From: Nitrospirota bacterium | Lineage (GTDB): Bacteria > Nitrospirota > Nitrospiria > Nitrospirales > Nitrospiraceae | Length of the DNA stretch: 25,626 bases | NCBI GenBank assembly: GCA_020028195.1 | Contig: JAHWYE010000001.1 | Span: 1-25,626, forward strand | Direction: 5' to 3' | Shown here: positions 9,752 to 18,002 of the stretch, piece by piece | How positions within the stretch are numbered: position 1 is the stretch's first letter | How the letters are laid out: each line of letters opens with the position of its first letter | Position numbers and translations under genes: made by a program | Notes under the pieces: model-generated | Told to the model about the DNA's origin: nothing | Seen by the model: only the letters and a program-made list of their open reading frames with translations | Databases searched by the model: none

Positions 9752-12407
9752 AGCCGATCTGACGCCTTTGATGCGCCAGTACTGGGACATCAAGCGTGCC
9801 TACCAGGACGCGATCCTGTTCTTCCGCGTAGGCGACTTTTATGAAATGTTCTACAAGGATGCGGAGGAGGCATCTCAACTCCTGAGCATTGCCTTGACTT
9901 CCCGTGACAAAGCCCGCGCAGAGCCAGTCCCGCTGTGCGGTGTCCCGTACCACGCCGCAACCGGATACATCGCCAAGCTCCTCAAGGCCGGACGGACGGT
10001 GGCCCTGTGCGAGCAGGTGGAAGACCCTCAGCTCGCCAAGGGGCTGGTTCGGCGCGAGGTGGTCCGCCTCTACACGCCTGGGACGCTCATCGACAGCGAA
10101 CTGCTCCCAACGACGGAGTCGAATTTTCTCGCGGCGGTCGTCGCCTCCTCCCGCCCCTCGCCGCAATCCGACCGTTCCCCCGTTCTGGGGCTCGCGGCTC
10201 TCGACCTCTCCACTGGCGAATTCTGGGTCATGGAGTTCCAGGGTGACCGGGCGCAGGCCGACCTTCAGGATGAGTTGGCCCGGCTGGAGCCGCGGGAATT
10301 GCTGTACCCGATGACTCTTCAAGTCCAGATGCAGCCGGCATTCGACCGGTTGAAGGGCCTTCGCCTGTGCGCGCAGGAGCCTGTCTGCTTCGAGCTTTCG
10401 TCGGCTGAGCACAGCTTGCGGAAACAGTTCGGAGTGGACTCTCTCGACGGATTCGGTTGCCGGGGACTGAGTCTCGGCCTGCAGGCAGCTGGGGCCGTGA
10501 TGCGATACCTCCGTGAGACTCAGCCGACCGCCTGTCTGGATCATGTGCGCCGATTGCAGGTTCGGCATTCCAGTCACGAGATGCATCTCGACAGTATCAC
10601 CATTCGCAACCTGGAACTGATCAGACCGCTGGTGGATACCTATGTGCCCAACGATCAGAAACAACCCACCCTGCTTTCGGTGCTCAACCGAACGGTCACG
10701 GTCATGGGAAGCCGCTTGATGCGAGATTGGATCATCCGGCCACTGGTGAAGCTTGCCCCCATCCATGCTCGTCTGGATGCGGTGGCCGAGTTGGTCGAAC
10801 AGCTCCGGGGCCGCACTGGCATTCGGACCGCGCTCAGAACGGTCCAGGATATCGCACGGCTGAGCAGCAGGGTTTCCCTTGGAGCGGCGAATCCGCGCGA
10901 TGTGCTGGCGTTGAAGCAGTCGGTTGCGGCCCTCCCTGAGATCCGGACGCACGTGGCGTCCCTCCGCTCTTCGCTGCTCCAAGACCTGGCTCGATCGTGG
11001 GACGATTTGGCCGACCTTCACGAGCTGGTCGAACGCGCGATTCTTCCGGACGCGCCGGCTTCAAGCAGAGACGGCGGAATGATCAAGAACGGCTACCACC
11101 CTCCTCTGGACGAACTGCGCAAGGCGTGCCGAGAAGGGAAAGGCTGGATCGCCGGGCTGGAAGCTCGCGAACGGGAACGCACCGGTATCGAATCATTGAA
11201 GGTGCGATTCAATCAAGTCTTCGGCTATTACATCGAAGTGACCAAGGCGAACTTGACTCGTGTCCCTGATCATTATGTTCGCAAGCAGACGCTCGTCAAC
11301 GCCGAACGATTCACGACCGCCGAACTCAAGGAATTGGAAGAGAAGGTGACCGGCGCTGAGCTGAAACTCATCACACTCGAACAGGAACTCTTTGAGGAGG
11401 TCCGCGCAAAATTGGCACAAGAGACGCCACGCCTCCAGGTGATGGCATCCGTGATCGCGGTGCTGGACGTGCTGACGGCCCTGGCGGAAACAGCGGCCAT
11501 CAACCAGTATGTCCGCCCCGACGTCGATGAGGGAGGAACGATCCGAATCACCGAGGGTCGGCATCCGGTGGTGGAACGGCTGGCCCTCTCGGGGGGATTC
11601 ATTCCCAACGACACCTTGCTGGACCTCGAGACCAACCGGCTCTTGATCATCACCGGGCCGAACATGGCCGGGAAGAGCACCTACCTCCGACAGGTCGCGC
11701 TGATCGCACTGATGGCCCAAATGGGCAGTTTTGTTCCGGCCCGGGTGGCCAGCGTCGGTCTGGTGGACCGGATCTTCACGCGTGTCGGCGCGTCCGACAA
11801 CCTGGCGGGCGGGCAGAGCACGTTCATGGTGGAAATGACGGAGACCGCGCAAATCCTGAACTGTGCGACCACCCGTAGCTTGATCCTGCTGGATGAGATC
11901 GGACGCGGGACCAGTACCTATGATGGACTCAGCATCGCCTGGGCTGTGGCGGAATATATCCAGGATCAACGCCACCTGGGCGCACGGACGCTCTTTGCCA
12001 CCCATTACCATGAGATGACTCAACTGGCCGCGCTGCGGGAGGGCGTGAAAAATTACTCGGTCTCAGTCCGAGAGCGCGATGGGGAAGTGCTGTTCCTGAG
12101 GAAAATTGTGCAGGGAGGAGCAGACAGAAGCTATGGGATTTATGTGGCCAGGCTGGCCGGTCTTCCGGCTCCCGTGATCACCCGTGCGGGGGAGGTCCTG
12201 GCTCAACTGGAGCGTCCGGCCACAGGCGTCCTTTCTGACCAGGCCCTAGAAAACGAGACCCTTGGCTCGGATCGCTCTCTCCCACAGCCGCACCCGATCA
12301 TCGAAGAGGTGCGGCAGATGGATCTGTTCTCCATGACTCCGCTGGAAGCGCTGAACCGTCTGGCCGAGCTTCAACGACGGTTGGAGGATGAGAAGTCAGA
12401 GAAATAA
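9744..12407 (+). CDS. mutS: DNA mismatch repair protein MutS
   Basis: TPLMRQY, FFRVGDFYEMF, TGPNMAGKSTYLRQ, STFMVEM, DEIGRGTSTYDG, FATHYHE, SYGIYVARLAGLP. Start set at MNEADL (9744). Confidence 0.98.
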   Translation: MNEADLTPLMRQYWDIKRAYQDAILFFRVGDFYEMFYKDAEEASQLLSIALTSRDKARAEPVPLCGVPYHAATGYIAKLLKAGRTVALCEQVEDPQLAKGLVRREVVRLYTPGTLIDSELLPTTESNFLAAVVASSRPSPQSDRSPVLGLAALDLSTGEFWVMEFQGDRAQADLQDELARLEPRELLYPMTLQVQMQPAFDRLKGLRLCAQEPVCFELSSAEHSLRKQFGVDSLDGFGCRGLSLGLQAAGAVMRYLRETQPTACLDHVRRLQVRHSSHEMHLDSITIRNLELIRPLVDTYVPNDQKQPTLLSVLNRTVTVMGSRLMRDWIIRPLVKLAPIHARLDAVAELVEQLRGRTGIRTALRTVQDIARLSSRVSLGAANPRDVLALKQSVAALPEIRTHVASLRSSLLQDLARSWDDLADLHELVERAILPDAPASSRDGGMIKNGYHPPLDELRKACREGKGWIAGLEARERERTGIESLKVRFNQVFGYYIEVTKANLTRVPDHYVRKQTLVNAERFTTAELKELEEKVTGAELKLITLEQELFEEVRAKLAQETPRLQVMASVIAVLDVLTALAETAAINQYVRPDVDEGGTIRITEGRHPVVERLALSGGFIPNDTLLDLETNRLLIITGPNMAGKSTYLRQVALIALMAQMGSFVPARVASVGLVDRIFTRVGASDNLAGGQSTFMVEMTETAQILNCATTRSLILLDEIGRGTSTYDGLSIAWAVAEYIQDQRHLGARTLFATHYHEMTQLAALREGVKNYSVSVRERDGEVLFLRKIVQGGADRSYGIYVARLAGLPAPVITRAGEVLAQLERPATGVLSDQALENETLGSDRSLPQPHPIIEEVRQMDLFSMTPLEALNRLAELQRRLEDEKSEK

Positions 12408-12441
12408 AAAGGGGTGCCATGCTGTTCGCATGGCACCCCTT
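12402..12441 (-). terminator. Intrinsic terminator for the minus-strand secreted-protein pair, at the convergent junction with mutS
   Basis: 14-bp perfect stem AAGGGGTGCCATGC (12409-12422) / GCATGGCACCCCTT (12428-12441) with a 5-nt loop. On the minus strand it is followed by TTTTTATTT. The mutS TAA lies inside the A-tract. Confidence 0.9.
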
Positions 12442-12473
12442 CACTCCAACTCTCTCCAACCCTTACAGAGACC

Positions 12474-13142
12474 CTACTTGCCGATCGTGTCTTCGTTCGC
12501 GCTCCAGGGAGTTAAGCCAGAAGCAGCAACCTTTCCGCCTGGTAACAACACATCATATTGCATGGACGTCGCATCTCTACCCTTCGGTGACGTATTGAGC
12601 TGCCGCTTAGCTTCATAGCAGGCCTTATCGAAATCGCTCTTTGCCTGCTGACACTCCTTGGTCATCAAGGCCCTGATACTCCGTGGCTTGGCCGGGTCTC
12701 CGGCGATCTCCGGCAGCTTCTTCACTGAGGTGATCACGCGCTTGTTCTGCTCCACCTCCTGAGCCACGAACTCGATCAAGGTGGTCGCCGAGGCGGGCGG
12801 CACTTCTTTCGCCGCCGCCGGTCCAGCGTGGAGCCGCCCCATGGATTTCAGTTCCTCCCAAACCTTCTTGTCGGCGGCATAGAACTTCAGGTTCTTCCCC
12901 GGTTGCATCTTCTGCCAGTAGTAGCCACTTTCCGCGTTGCCACCCAGCACCGCAGTATTAATCCACACCGCCTCATCATAGGGATCGAGGATGATGACTC
13001 GGCCGGTCAGCGTGGTCGGCTTGCTCATGTCACCCCACTCGAACCGCTCCTGGAACGCCTCGATGGCCAGTGCGGTCGTAGTCAACCCCACGACCAAGAC
13101 CATGGCGGCGACAAATACCCAGCCTTTTCCATGAACTCTCAT
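12474..13142 (-). CDS. Hypothetical secreted protein B (222 aa, Sec signal peptide)
   Basis: GGGGAGG SD before ATG 13142. Signal-like MRVHGKGWVFVAAMVLVVGLTTTALA|IEA. No family recognised. Confidence 0.85.
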   Translation of the reverse strand: MRVHGKGWVFVAAMVLVVGLTTTALAIEAFQERFEWGDMSKPTTLTGRVIILDPYDEAVWINTAVLGGNAESGYYWQKMQPGKNLKFYAADKKVWEELKSMGRLHAGPAAAKEVPPASATTLIEFVAQEVEQNKRVITSVKKLPEIAGDPAKPRSIRALMTKECQQAKSDFDKACYEAKRQLNTSPKGRDATSMQYDVLLPGGKVAASGLTPWSANEDTIGK

Positions 13143-13216
13143 AAATGCCTCCCCTTCACGTAACCAGTTTATAAAGACATTACGGTCAGGCCGGAACAAG
13201 GAATCGGTCAACCACC

Positions 13217-13780
13217 CTAATCCTTTTTCAGGGGCTTGAACCCGGTGATCGTTCGCCCATCAAGCGTCACTTCCATCGCGACCAGGTCTTGGGACGCCTT
13301 GATGATCTGGTCCATGAGCGCCTTGTCCTTTACGCTGAGGCGGACGGTCGTTTGAGCATGGTACCAGCCGGCGTAGGGATTGTTCTTTTCGGTTCCTCCG
13401 ACAAAGCCCCATGCGCAGCACACGAACAGCGGATCCGGAGGCCGCACGTCCAGATCGGACGACGACCGGCCGGCTGGGGTTCCTGAGGCTGGTTCACCGG
13501 TGTTCCAGTACTGAATACCAAACAGAAGCTCCTGATCCGGATTGTCCGCCCATTGCGACCAGACGCGACCCTTCAGAGTCTTTACGGCCGTTCCCTTCAA
13601 GGGAATATTCCCCAGCGTGGTGACACCTTCAGGGGCTGGCGCAGCGGCGGGACCTGCAGCGGCAGGCCCAGTGGCGGGACCTTTAGCGGCTGGCTCATCT
13701 GCGGCGGCGACAAAACCGGCCGTCAGGAGGCCGGCAACAACGAAGATTGCAACTGCGGCTATGACAAAGAGCCTATTCAT
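13217..13780 (-). CDS. Hypothetical secreted protein A (187 aa, Sec signal, Ala/Pro linker, vicinal CC)
   Basis: GGAGGT SD before ATG 13780. Hydrophobic signal MNRLFVIAAVAIFVVAGLLTAGFVAAA. No family recognised. Confidence 0.85.
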   Translation of the reverse strand: MNRLFVIAAVAIFVVAGLLTAGFVAAADEPAAKGPATGPAAAGPAAAPAPEGVTTLGNIPLKGTAVKTLKGRVWSQWADNPDQELLFGIQYWNTGEPASGTPAGRSSSDLDVRPPDPLFVCCAWGFVGGTEKNNPYAGWYHAQTTVRLSVKDKALMDQIIKASQDLVAMEVTLDGRTITGFKPLKKD

Positions 13781-13830
13781 TCCTCGCACCTCCCTACCTT
13801 GAGCATCAAGACCTTTGGATGAACATCCGC

Positions 13831-13899
13831 TTAAGAGAGCAACACGATACGATCAACTAGACAAAGAAAATTCTGCGTGAGGAAGAAACTCTTTTGCAC
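13831..13899 (-). CDS. Possible 22-aa upstream ORF (MQKSFFLTQNFLCLVDRIVLLS)
   Basis: GGGAGG (13912-13907) 7 nt before GTG 13899; TAA at 13833-13831. Translation is unproven. Confidence 0.25.
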   Translation of the reverse strand: MQKSFFLTQNFLCLVDRIVLLS

Positions 13900-13978
13900 C
13901 TCCTTTCCTCCCACAGTGAATCCTTTTTCACTGCTCGATTCGATCAGAGGCACGGGCAGTTTAGAGAGACAGGGAGCC

Positions 13979-14008
13979 ATCCTACTCAATCGCCCATTAG
14001 CTTGTCAA
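13979..14008 (-). promoter_or_regulatory. Sigma70-type promoter for the secreted-protein pair
   Basis: TTGACA (14008-14003), 18 bp spacer, TAGGAT (13984-13979). A GGGGA-N4-TCCCC palindrome abuts the -35 box. Confidence 0.6.
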
Positions 14009-14098
14009 GGGGATATTTCCCCCAGGCTTACCTCCCTCAGATGAAGAAAATCTTTTATTGAACAATGGTTTGTGCGCTGATTTGCCGAGACCGGACGT

Positions 14099-15352
14099 TC
14101 AATGCAGCGCAGAAGAGATGGAGCGAGCCGAGACTGGTCCGAGTGCCGTCACCGACAAGCAATTCAGATCGAAGAGTTCGCGACTGAGCGACAGCAGATG
14201 ATCCGCTGACACCTGGTCGATCTCAGCGATGATCTCCGCAAGAGACGAATGTCGCCCTTGGTATAGCTCATCCTTCGCAAGCTTGCTCATGCGACTGTGC
14301 GAACTCTCAAGGCCGAGCATCAGGCCGCCCTTCATCTGGTTCTTGGCTCGTTCCAGTTCCTTCCGGTCCACGCCCTCAGTGCGCAATTTCCGAATCTCTC
14401 GGCAGATCAACTCGACGACCCGCGGCGCTTCACGAGCTCTCGTTGCTGCATAGACCGTCAGGGTCCCGACGTCGGAGAAGGTGGACAGGTACGAGTAGAT
14501 GGAATAGGTCAGACCTCGCTTCTCCCGGACCTCTTGGAACAAGCGAGAGCTGACGCTTCCGCCGAGCAGGACGTTCAGAGCGTGGGCTGCGTATCGGTCC
14601 TTGCGACCGGCCGGAACTCCTTTGAGCCCCAGACACAGGTGAACCTGCTCAAGCGGCTTCCGCCGCACCGTCAGCCCTCCAGCCACTTTCGGGGGCCACC
14701 GGTCCAGCTTGGGCCGGCTTCCGCGTTCGAAGGAGCCGAAGGTGGACTCCAGCAACGGCATCAATTCCTTCACACGAAAATTTCCAGCCACGGCCACGAC
14801 GGTCTGAAAAGGATCATAGTGGTCACGGATGTAGCGCAGGAGCTGTCCCCGGCGCAATCCCTTGATCGTGACCGCATTGCCCAGGATGGGCCGACCAAGC
14901 GGGTGCCGCGCGAGCGTCTGCTCGGTATGGAGGTCTTGCACCAGATCCTCGGGATCGTCCTCAACCATCCGAATTTCTTCCAGAACCACCTGCTTTTCCT
15001 TTTCGACTTCCTTGGCGTCGAACTTCGAGTGATGAAAGAGATCCGCGAGCAAGCCAACGGCCGGCTGCAACTGCTGGTCCAGCACCTTGGCATAGAAGGT
15101 CGTCGTTTCACGGCTGGTGAAGGCGTTCATCTCCCCGCCCAGCCCGTCTATCTCACGGGAAATCTGAGTGGCCGAGCGATTCCTGGTCCCCTTGAAAAAC
15201 ATATGTTCGATAAAGTGGGACAGACCCTCCTCTCCGGCGCCCTCATCGCGGGACCCCACATTGACCCAGACGCCGACTGTGACCGACTTGACAGTCGGAA
15301 TCCGCTCGGTTACCACCCGCAGCCCGTTGTCCAACACGAACTTCCGGTACAC
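14099..15352 (-). CDS. M16 (pitrilysin/insulinase) family zinc peptidase
   Basis: GSRDE, inverted zincin HFIEHMFFKGT, NAFTSRETT, LGGSVSSRLFQEVREKRGLTYSI. Usual position directly after pnp. Confidence 0.95.
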   Translation of the reverse strand: MYRKFVLDNGLRVVTERIPTVKSVTVGVWVNVGSRDEGAGEEGLSHFIEHMFFKGTRNRSATQISREIDGLGGEMNAFTSRETTTFYAKVLDQQLQPAVGLLADLFHHSKFDAKEVEKEKQVVLEEIRMVEDDPEDLVQDLHTEQTLARHPLGRPILGNAVTIKGLRRGQLLRYIRDHYDPFQTVVAVAGNFRVKELMPLLESTFGSFERGSRPKLDRWPPKVAGGLTVRRKPLEQVHLCLGLKGVPAGRKDRYAAHALNVLLGGSVSSRLFQEVREKRGLTYSIYSYLSTFSDVGTLTVYAATRAREAPRVVELICREIRKLRTEGVDRKELERAKNQMKGGLMLGLESSHSRMSKLAKDELYQGRHSSLAEIIAEIDQVSADHLLSLSRELFDLNCLSVTALGPVSARSISSALH

Positions 15353-15358
15353 GTGCCC

Positions 15359-17482
15359 CTACCCCGCAGTCGGCTCTTTGACAGGCGACGACGAAGGCGC
15401 AGCCATGGCCTCTTTGCGACTGAGACGGATCTTGCCTTGCCTGTCAACTTCCAGCACTTTCACCAGAATCTGATCGCCCTCGGCGACTTCGTCCGAGACC
15501 GCTTTCACGCGATGATGCGCCAACTGCGAAATGTGCACGAGCCCGTCCGTGCCCGGCAGGATTTCGACGAACGCGCCAAAATCCATGATCTTGCGCACGG
15601 TCCCCAGGTACATCTTGCCGACCTCCACTTCTTCCGTCAGACGGCTGATGATCTCCTTCGCCTTATTGGCCGACGCTTCATCCACCGCCGCAATCGTGAC
15701 GATGCCCGTATCCTCCACATTGATCTTGACCCCGCATTCCGCGATGATGCTGCGGATCATCTTCCCGCCCGGCCCGATTACATCGCGGATCTTGTCCTGC
15801 TTGATCTGCATCGTGTGGATGCGCGGCGCGAAGGGGGACAGGTTCGGCCGCGGCGCCGGCAGGGCCTCCGCCATCTTTCCCAGAATGTAGAGGCGGCCTG
15901 TGCGGGCCTGCTCCAAGGCTTGCCGCATAAGATCCGGGGTGATGCCGGCAATCTTAATGTCCATCTGGAGCGCCGTGACACCCTGCTTCGTGCCGGTTAC
16001 CTTGAAATCCATATCGCCAAGATGATCTTCCAGCCCCAGGATATCGGACAGCACCATGACACGCTCGCCTTCTTTAATGAGCCCCATTGCGATCCCCGCC
16101 ACCGGCTGTCTGATCGGAACGCCCGCATCCATCAGCGCCAGCGTCCCACCGCAGACCGTGGCCATCGACGATGACCCGTTCGACTCCAGGATGTCCGATA
16201 CCAGCCGCAGTGTGTAGGGAAATCCGTCCTTCCCCTCCTTGGGAGGAATGACCGGCTTGAGCGCGCGTTCCGCCAGCGCCCCGTGCCCGACCTCCCTGCG
16301 ACCAGGCGAGCGAAGCGGCCGCGCTTCGCCGACACTAAACGGCGGGAAGTTATAATGAAGCATGAAGGTCCGATAGTATTCCCCTTCGAGCCCATCAATG
16401 CGCTGCTCATCCTCTGTGGTACCCAGCGTCACGACCGCCAGGCTCTGCGTCTCCCCGCGGGTGAACAAGGCGGAGCCGTGGGTCCGCGGCAGCACACCCA
16501 CTTCGCAGGTGACTGGGCGAATGTCGGCCGGCCCCCGACCGTCAGCCCGGATACTTCGCTCCAGAATCATGCTACGGACTTCGCTATATTCCAGCGAGTG
16601 AAAGACGAGCTTGACATGGCGGCTGCGATCGGGATCGTCCGTCTGTAACTTCTCGACGGCCTCCTCGAGGATCTGGTCTAACCGCTCCTGTCGAGCGGTT
16701 TTGTTGGGGATCAGGATAGCTTCCCTGATCGGGCCGGCTGCCAACTGACGTACCTCGCTGGCTAAGGCGGGATCTATTTTCTCGGCCTTGACCGCCCGCT
16801 TGCGTCGCCCGGCCAACGCCCTCAGCTCGAGCACCTTCGCCACGATCTTCTTGATCTCGGCATGAGCTAATTCGATCGCCTCGATCATGACCGATTCCGG
16901 CAACTCGTTGCCACCGCCCTCGACCATCATGACGGCATCGGCCGTTCCGGCCACGACCAAGTGCAGATCGCTGGTCTCGAGCGTCTCGAGAGTCGGATTG
17001 ACCACAAACTGACCGTTCACGCGGCCGATCTTTACTCCCGCAACGGGCCCTTCAAAGGGGATATCCGACAAGGTCAACGCCGCCGAGGCGGCCGTAATGC
17101 CGACCACATCGGACGATCCGGTCTGATCCGCTGAGAGCACCGAGGCGATGACCTGCGTTTCGAAGTAGTAGCCTTCTGGAAAGAGAGGCCGCATCGGCCG
17201 ATCAATCAGCCGACTCGTGAGGACTTCTTTCTCCGACGGACGACCTTCGCGCTTGAAGTATCCGCCGGGGATCTTGCCGGCCGCGTAGGCCTTTTCCTGA
17301 TAATCGACGGTCAGAGGTAGAAAATCGACGCCTGGCTTGACGGTCTGGGAGGCCACGGCGGTCGCCAGCACCACCGTATCCGCGTACGTCGCCAGCACCG
17401 CTCCGTCTGCTTGCTTGGCGACTCGCCCGGTTTCCAGTCGCAACCGCCGGCCCGCGACATCCATTTCAACGACATGCACCAT
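15359..17482 (-). CDS. pnp: Polyribonucleotide nucleotidyltransferase (PNPase)
   Basis: LPLTVDYQEK, SRLIDRPMRPLFP, HGSALFTRGETQ, ESNGSSSMATVCG, DHLGDMDFKV, KH (IGPGGK) and S1 (DGLVHISQL) domains. Confidence 0.99.
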   Translation of the reverse strand: MVHVVEMDVAGRRLRLETGRVAKQADGAVLATYADTVVLATAVASQTVKPGVDFLPLTVDYQEKAYAAGKIPGGYFKREGRPSEKEVLTSRLIDRPMRPLFPEGYYFETQVIASVLSADQTGSSDVVGITAASAALTLSDIPFEGPVAGVKIGRVNGQFVVNPTLETLETSDLHLVVAGTADAVMMVEGGGNELPESVMIEAIELAHAEIKKIVAKVLELRALAGRRKRAVKAEKIDPALASEVRQLAAGPIREAILIPNKTARQERLDQILEEAVEKLQTDDPDRSRHVKLVFHSLEYSEVRSMILERSIRADGRGPADIRPVTCEVGVLPRTHGSALFTRGETQSLAVVTLGTTEDEQRIDGLEGEYYRTFMLHYNFPPFSVGEARPLRSPGRREVGHGALAERALKPVIPPKEGKDGFPYTLRLVSDILESNGSSSMATVCGGTLALMDAGVPIRQPVAGIAMGLIKEGERVMVLSDILGLEDHLGDMDFKVTGTKQGVTALQMDIKIAGITPDLMRQALEQARTGRLYILGKMAEALPAPRPNLSPFAPRIHTMQIKQDKIRDVIGPGGKMIRSIIAECGVKINVEDTGIVTIAAVDEASANKAKEIISRLTEEVEVGKMYLGTVRKIMDFGAFVEILPGTDGLVHISQLAHHRVKAVSDEVAEGDQILVKVLEVDRQGKIRLSRKEAMAAPSSSPVKEPTAG

Positions 17483-17506
17483 GCTCTCGATCTCCTTTTC
17501 ATACCC

Positions 17507-17655
17507 GTCCCACAGATGTCCACAGAGATGCGCTCGACGTGCAAGTTAAAAGGAAGAAGTTAGAAATCGGGAGAGTTGTCCGACGACTTTTAACTTCTCA
17601 CTTTGCATTATTAACTTGCGCTCCCTGAGCGCATGTCCGTGTTCATCTGTGCGAC
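17507..17655 (-). other. Long imperfect hairpin in the rpsO-pnp spacer (candidate RNase III site)
   Basis: 17511-17535 pairs in register with 17651-17627 (21 of 25 Watson-Crick). Inner stems GCAAGTTAA/TTAACTTGC and AGAAGTTA/TAACTTCT. Confidence 0.75.
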
Positions 17656-17690
17656 AGTCCCCGACTCAGCTCGCGCTTGCGGGTGGTGTG

Positions 17691-17960
17691 TTACTTCCTG
17701 ATGCCAAGCCTGTCCAACACTGCGTGATACCGCGCATCGTCGATCCGGCGCAGATAATCGAGCAGACGCCGGCGCCGGCCGACCAACTCCAGCAAGCCTC
17801 TCCTGGAGTGGTGATCCTTTCTGTGGAGCTTAAAGTGTTCCGTCAGATAGGCGATGCGATTCGTCACGATCGCGATTTGCACTTCCGGAGAGCCGGTATC
17901 AGTCTCATGCTGGCGGTATTGCTGGATCAACTCGGTCTTCGCTTCCTTTACCAAGGCCAT
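17691..17960 (-). CDS. rpsO: 30S ribosomal protein S15
   Basis: [40 protein letters not shown]. Confidence 0.99.
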   Translation of the reverse strand: MALVKEAKTELIQQYRQHETDTGSPEVQIAIVTNRIAYLTEHFKLHRKDHHSRRGLLELVGRRRRLLDYLRRIDDARYHAVLDRLGIRK

Positions 17961-18002
17961 CGTCCCCGTCCTCCGTCTGTTCGTTCCGTTTGCTCCCTCC
18001 CG

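Noticed and set aside
12408-14098. Secreted-protein pair as a genomic island or toxin-antitoxin/defence module
   Set aside because: No integrase, tRNA, flanking direct repeats or nuclease motifs. Both proteins carry signal peptides.
14297-16174. 625-aa plus-strand ORF, and similar long antisense ORFs (2724-4226, 9618-11021, 11193-12023)
   Set aside because: They lie opposite well-conserved genes, have no recognisable motifs, and are expected shadows of GC-rich codon usage.
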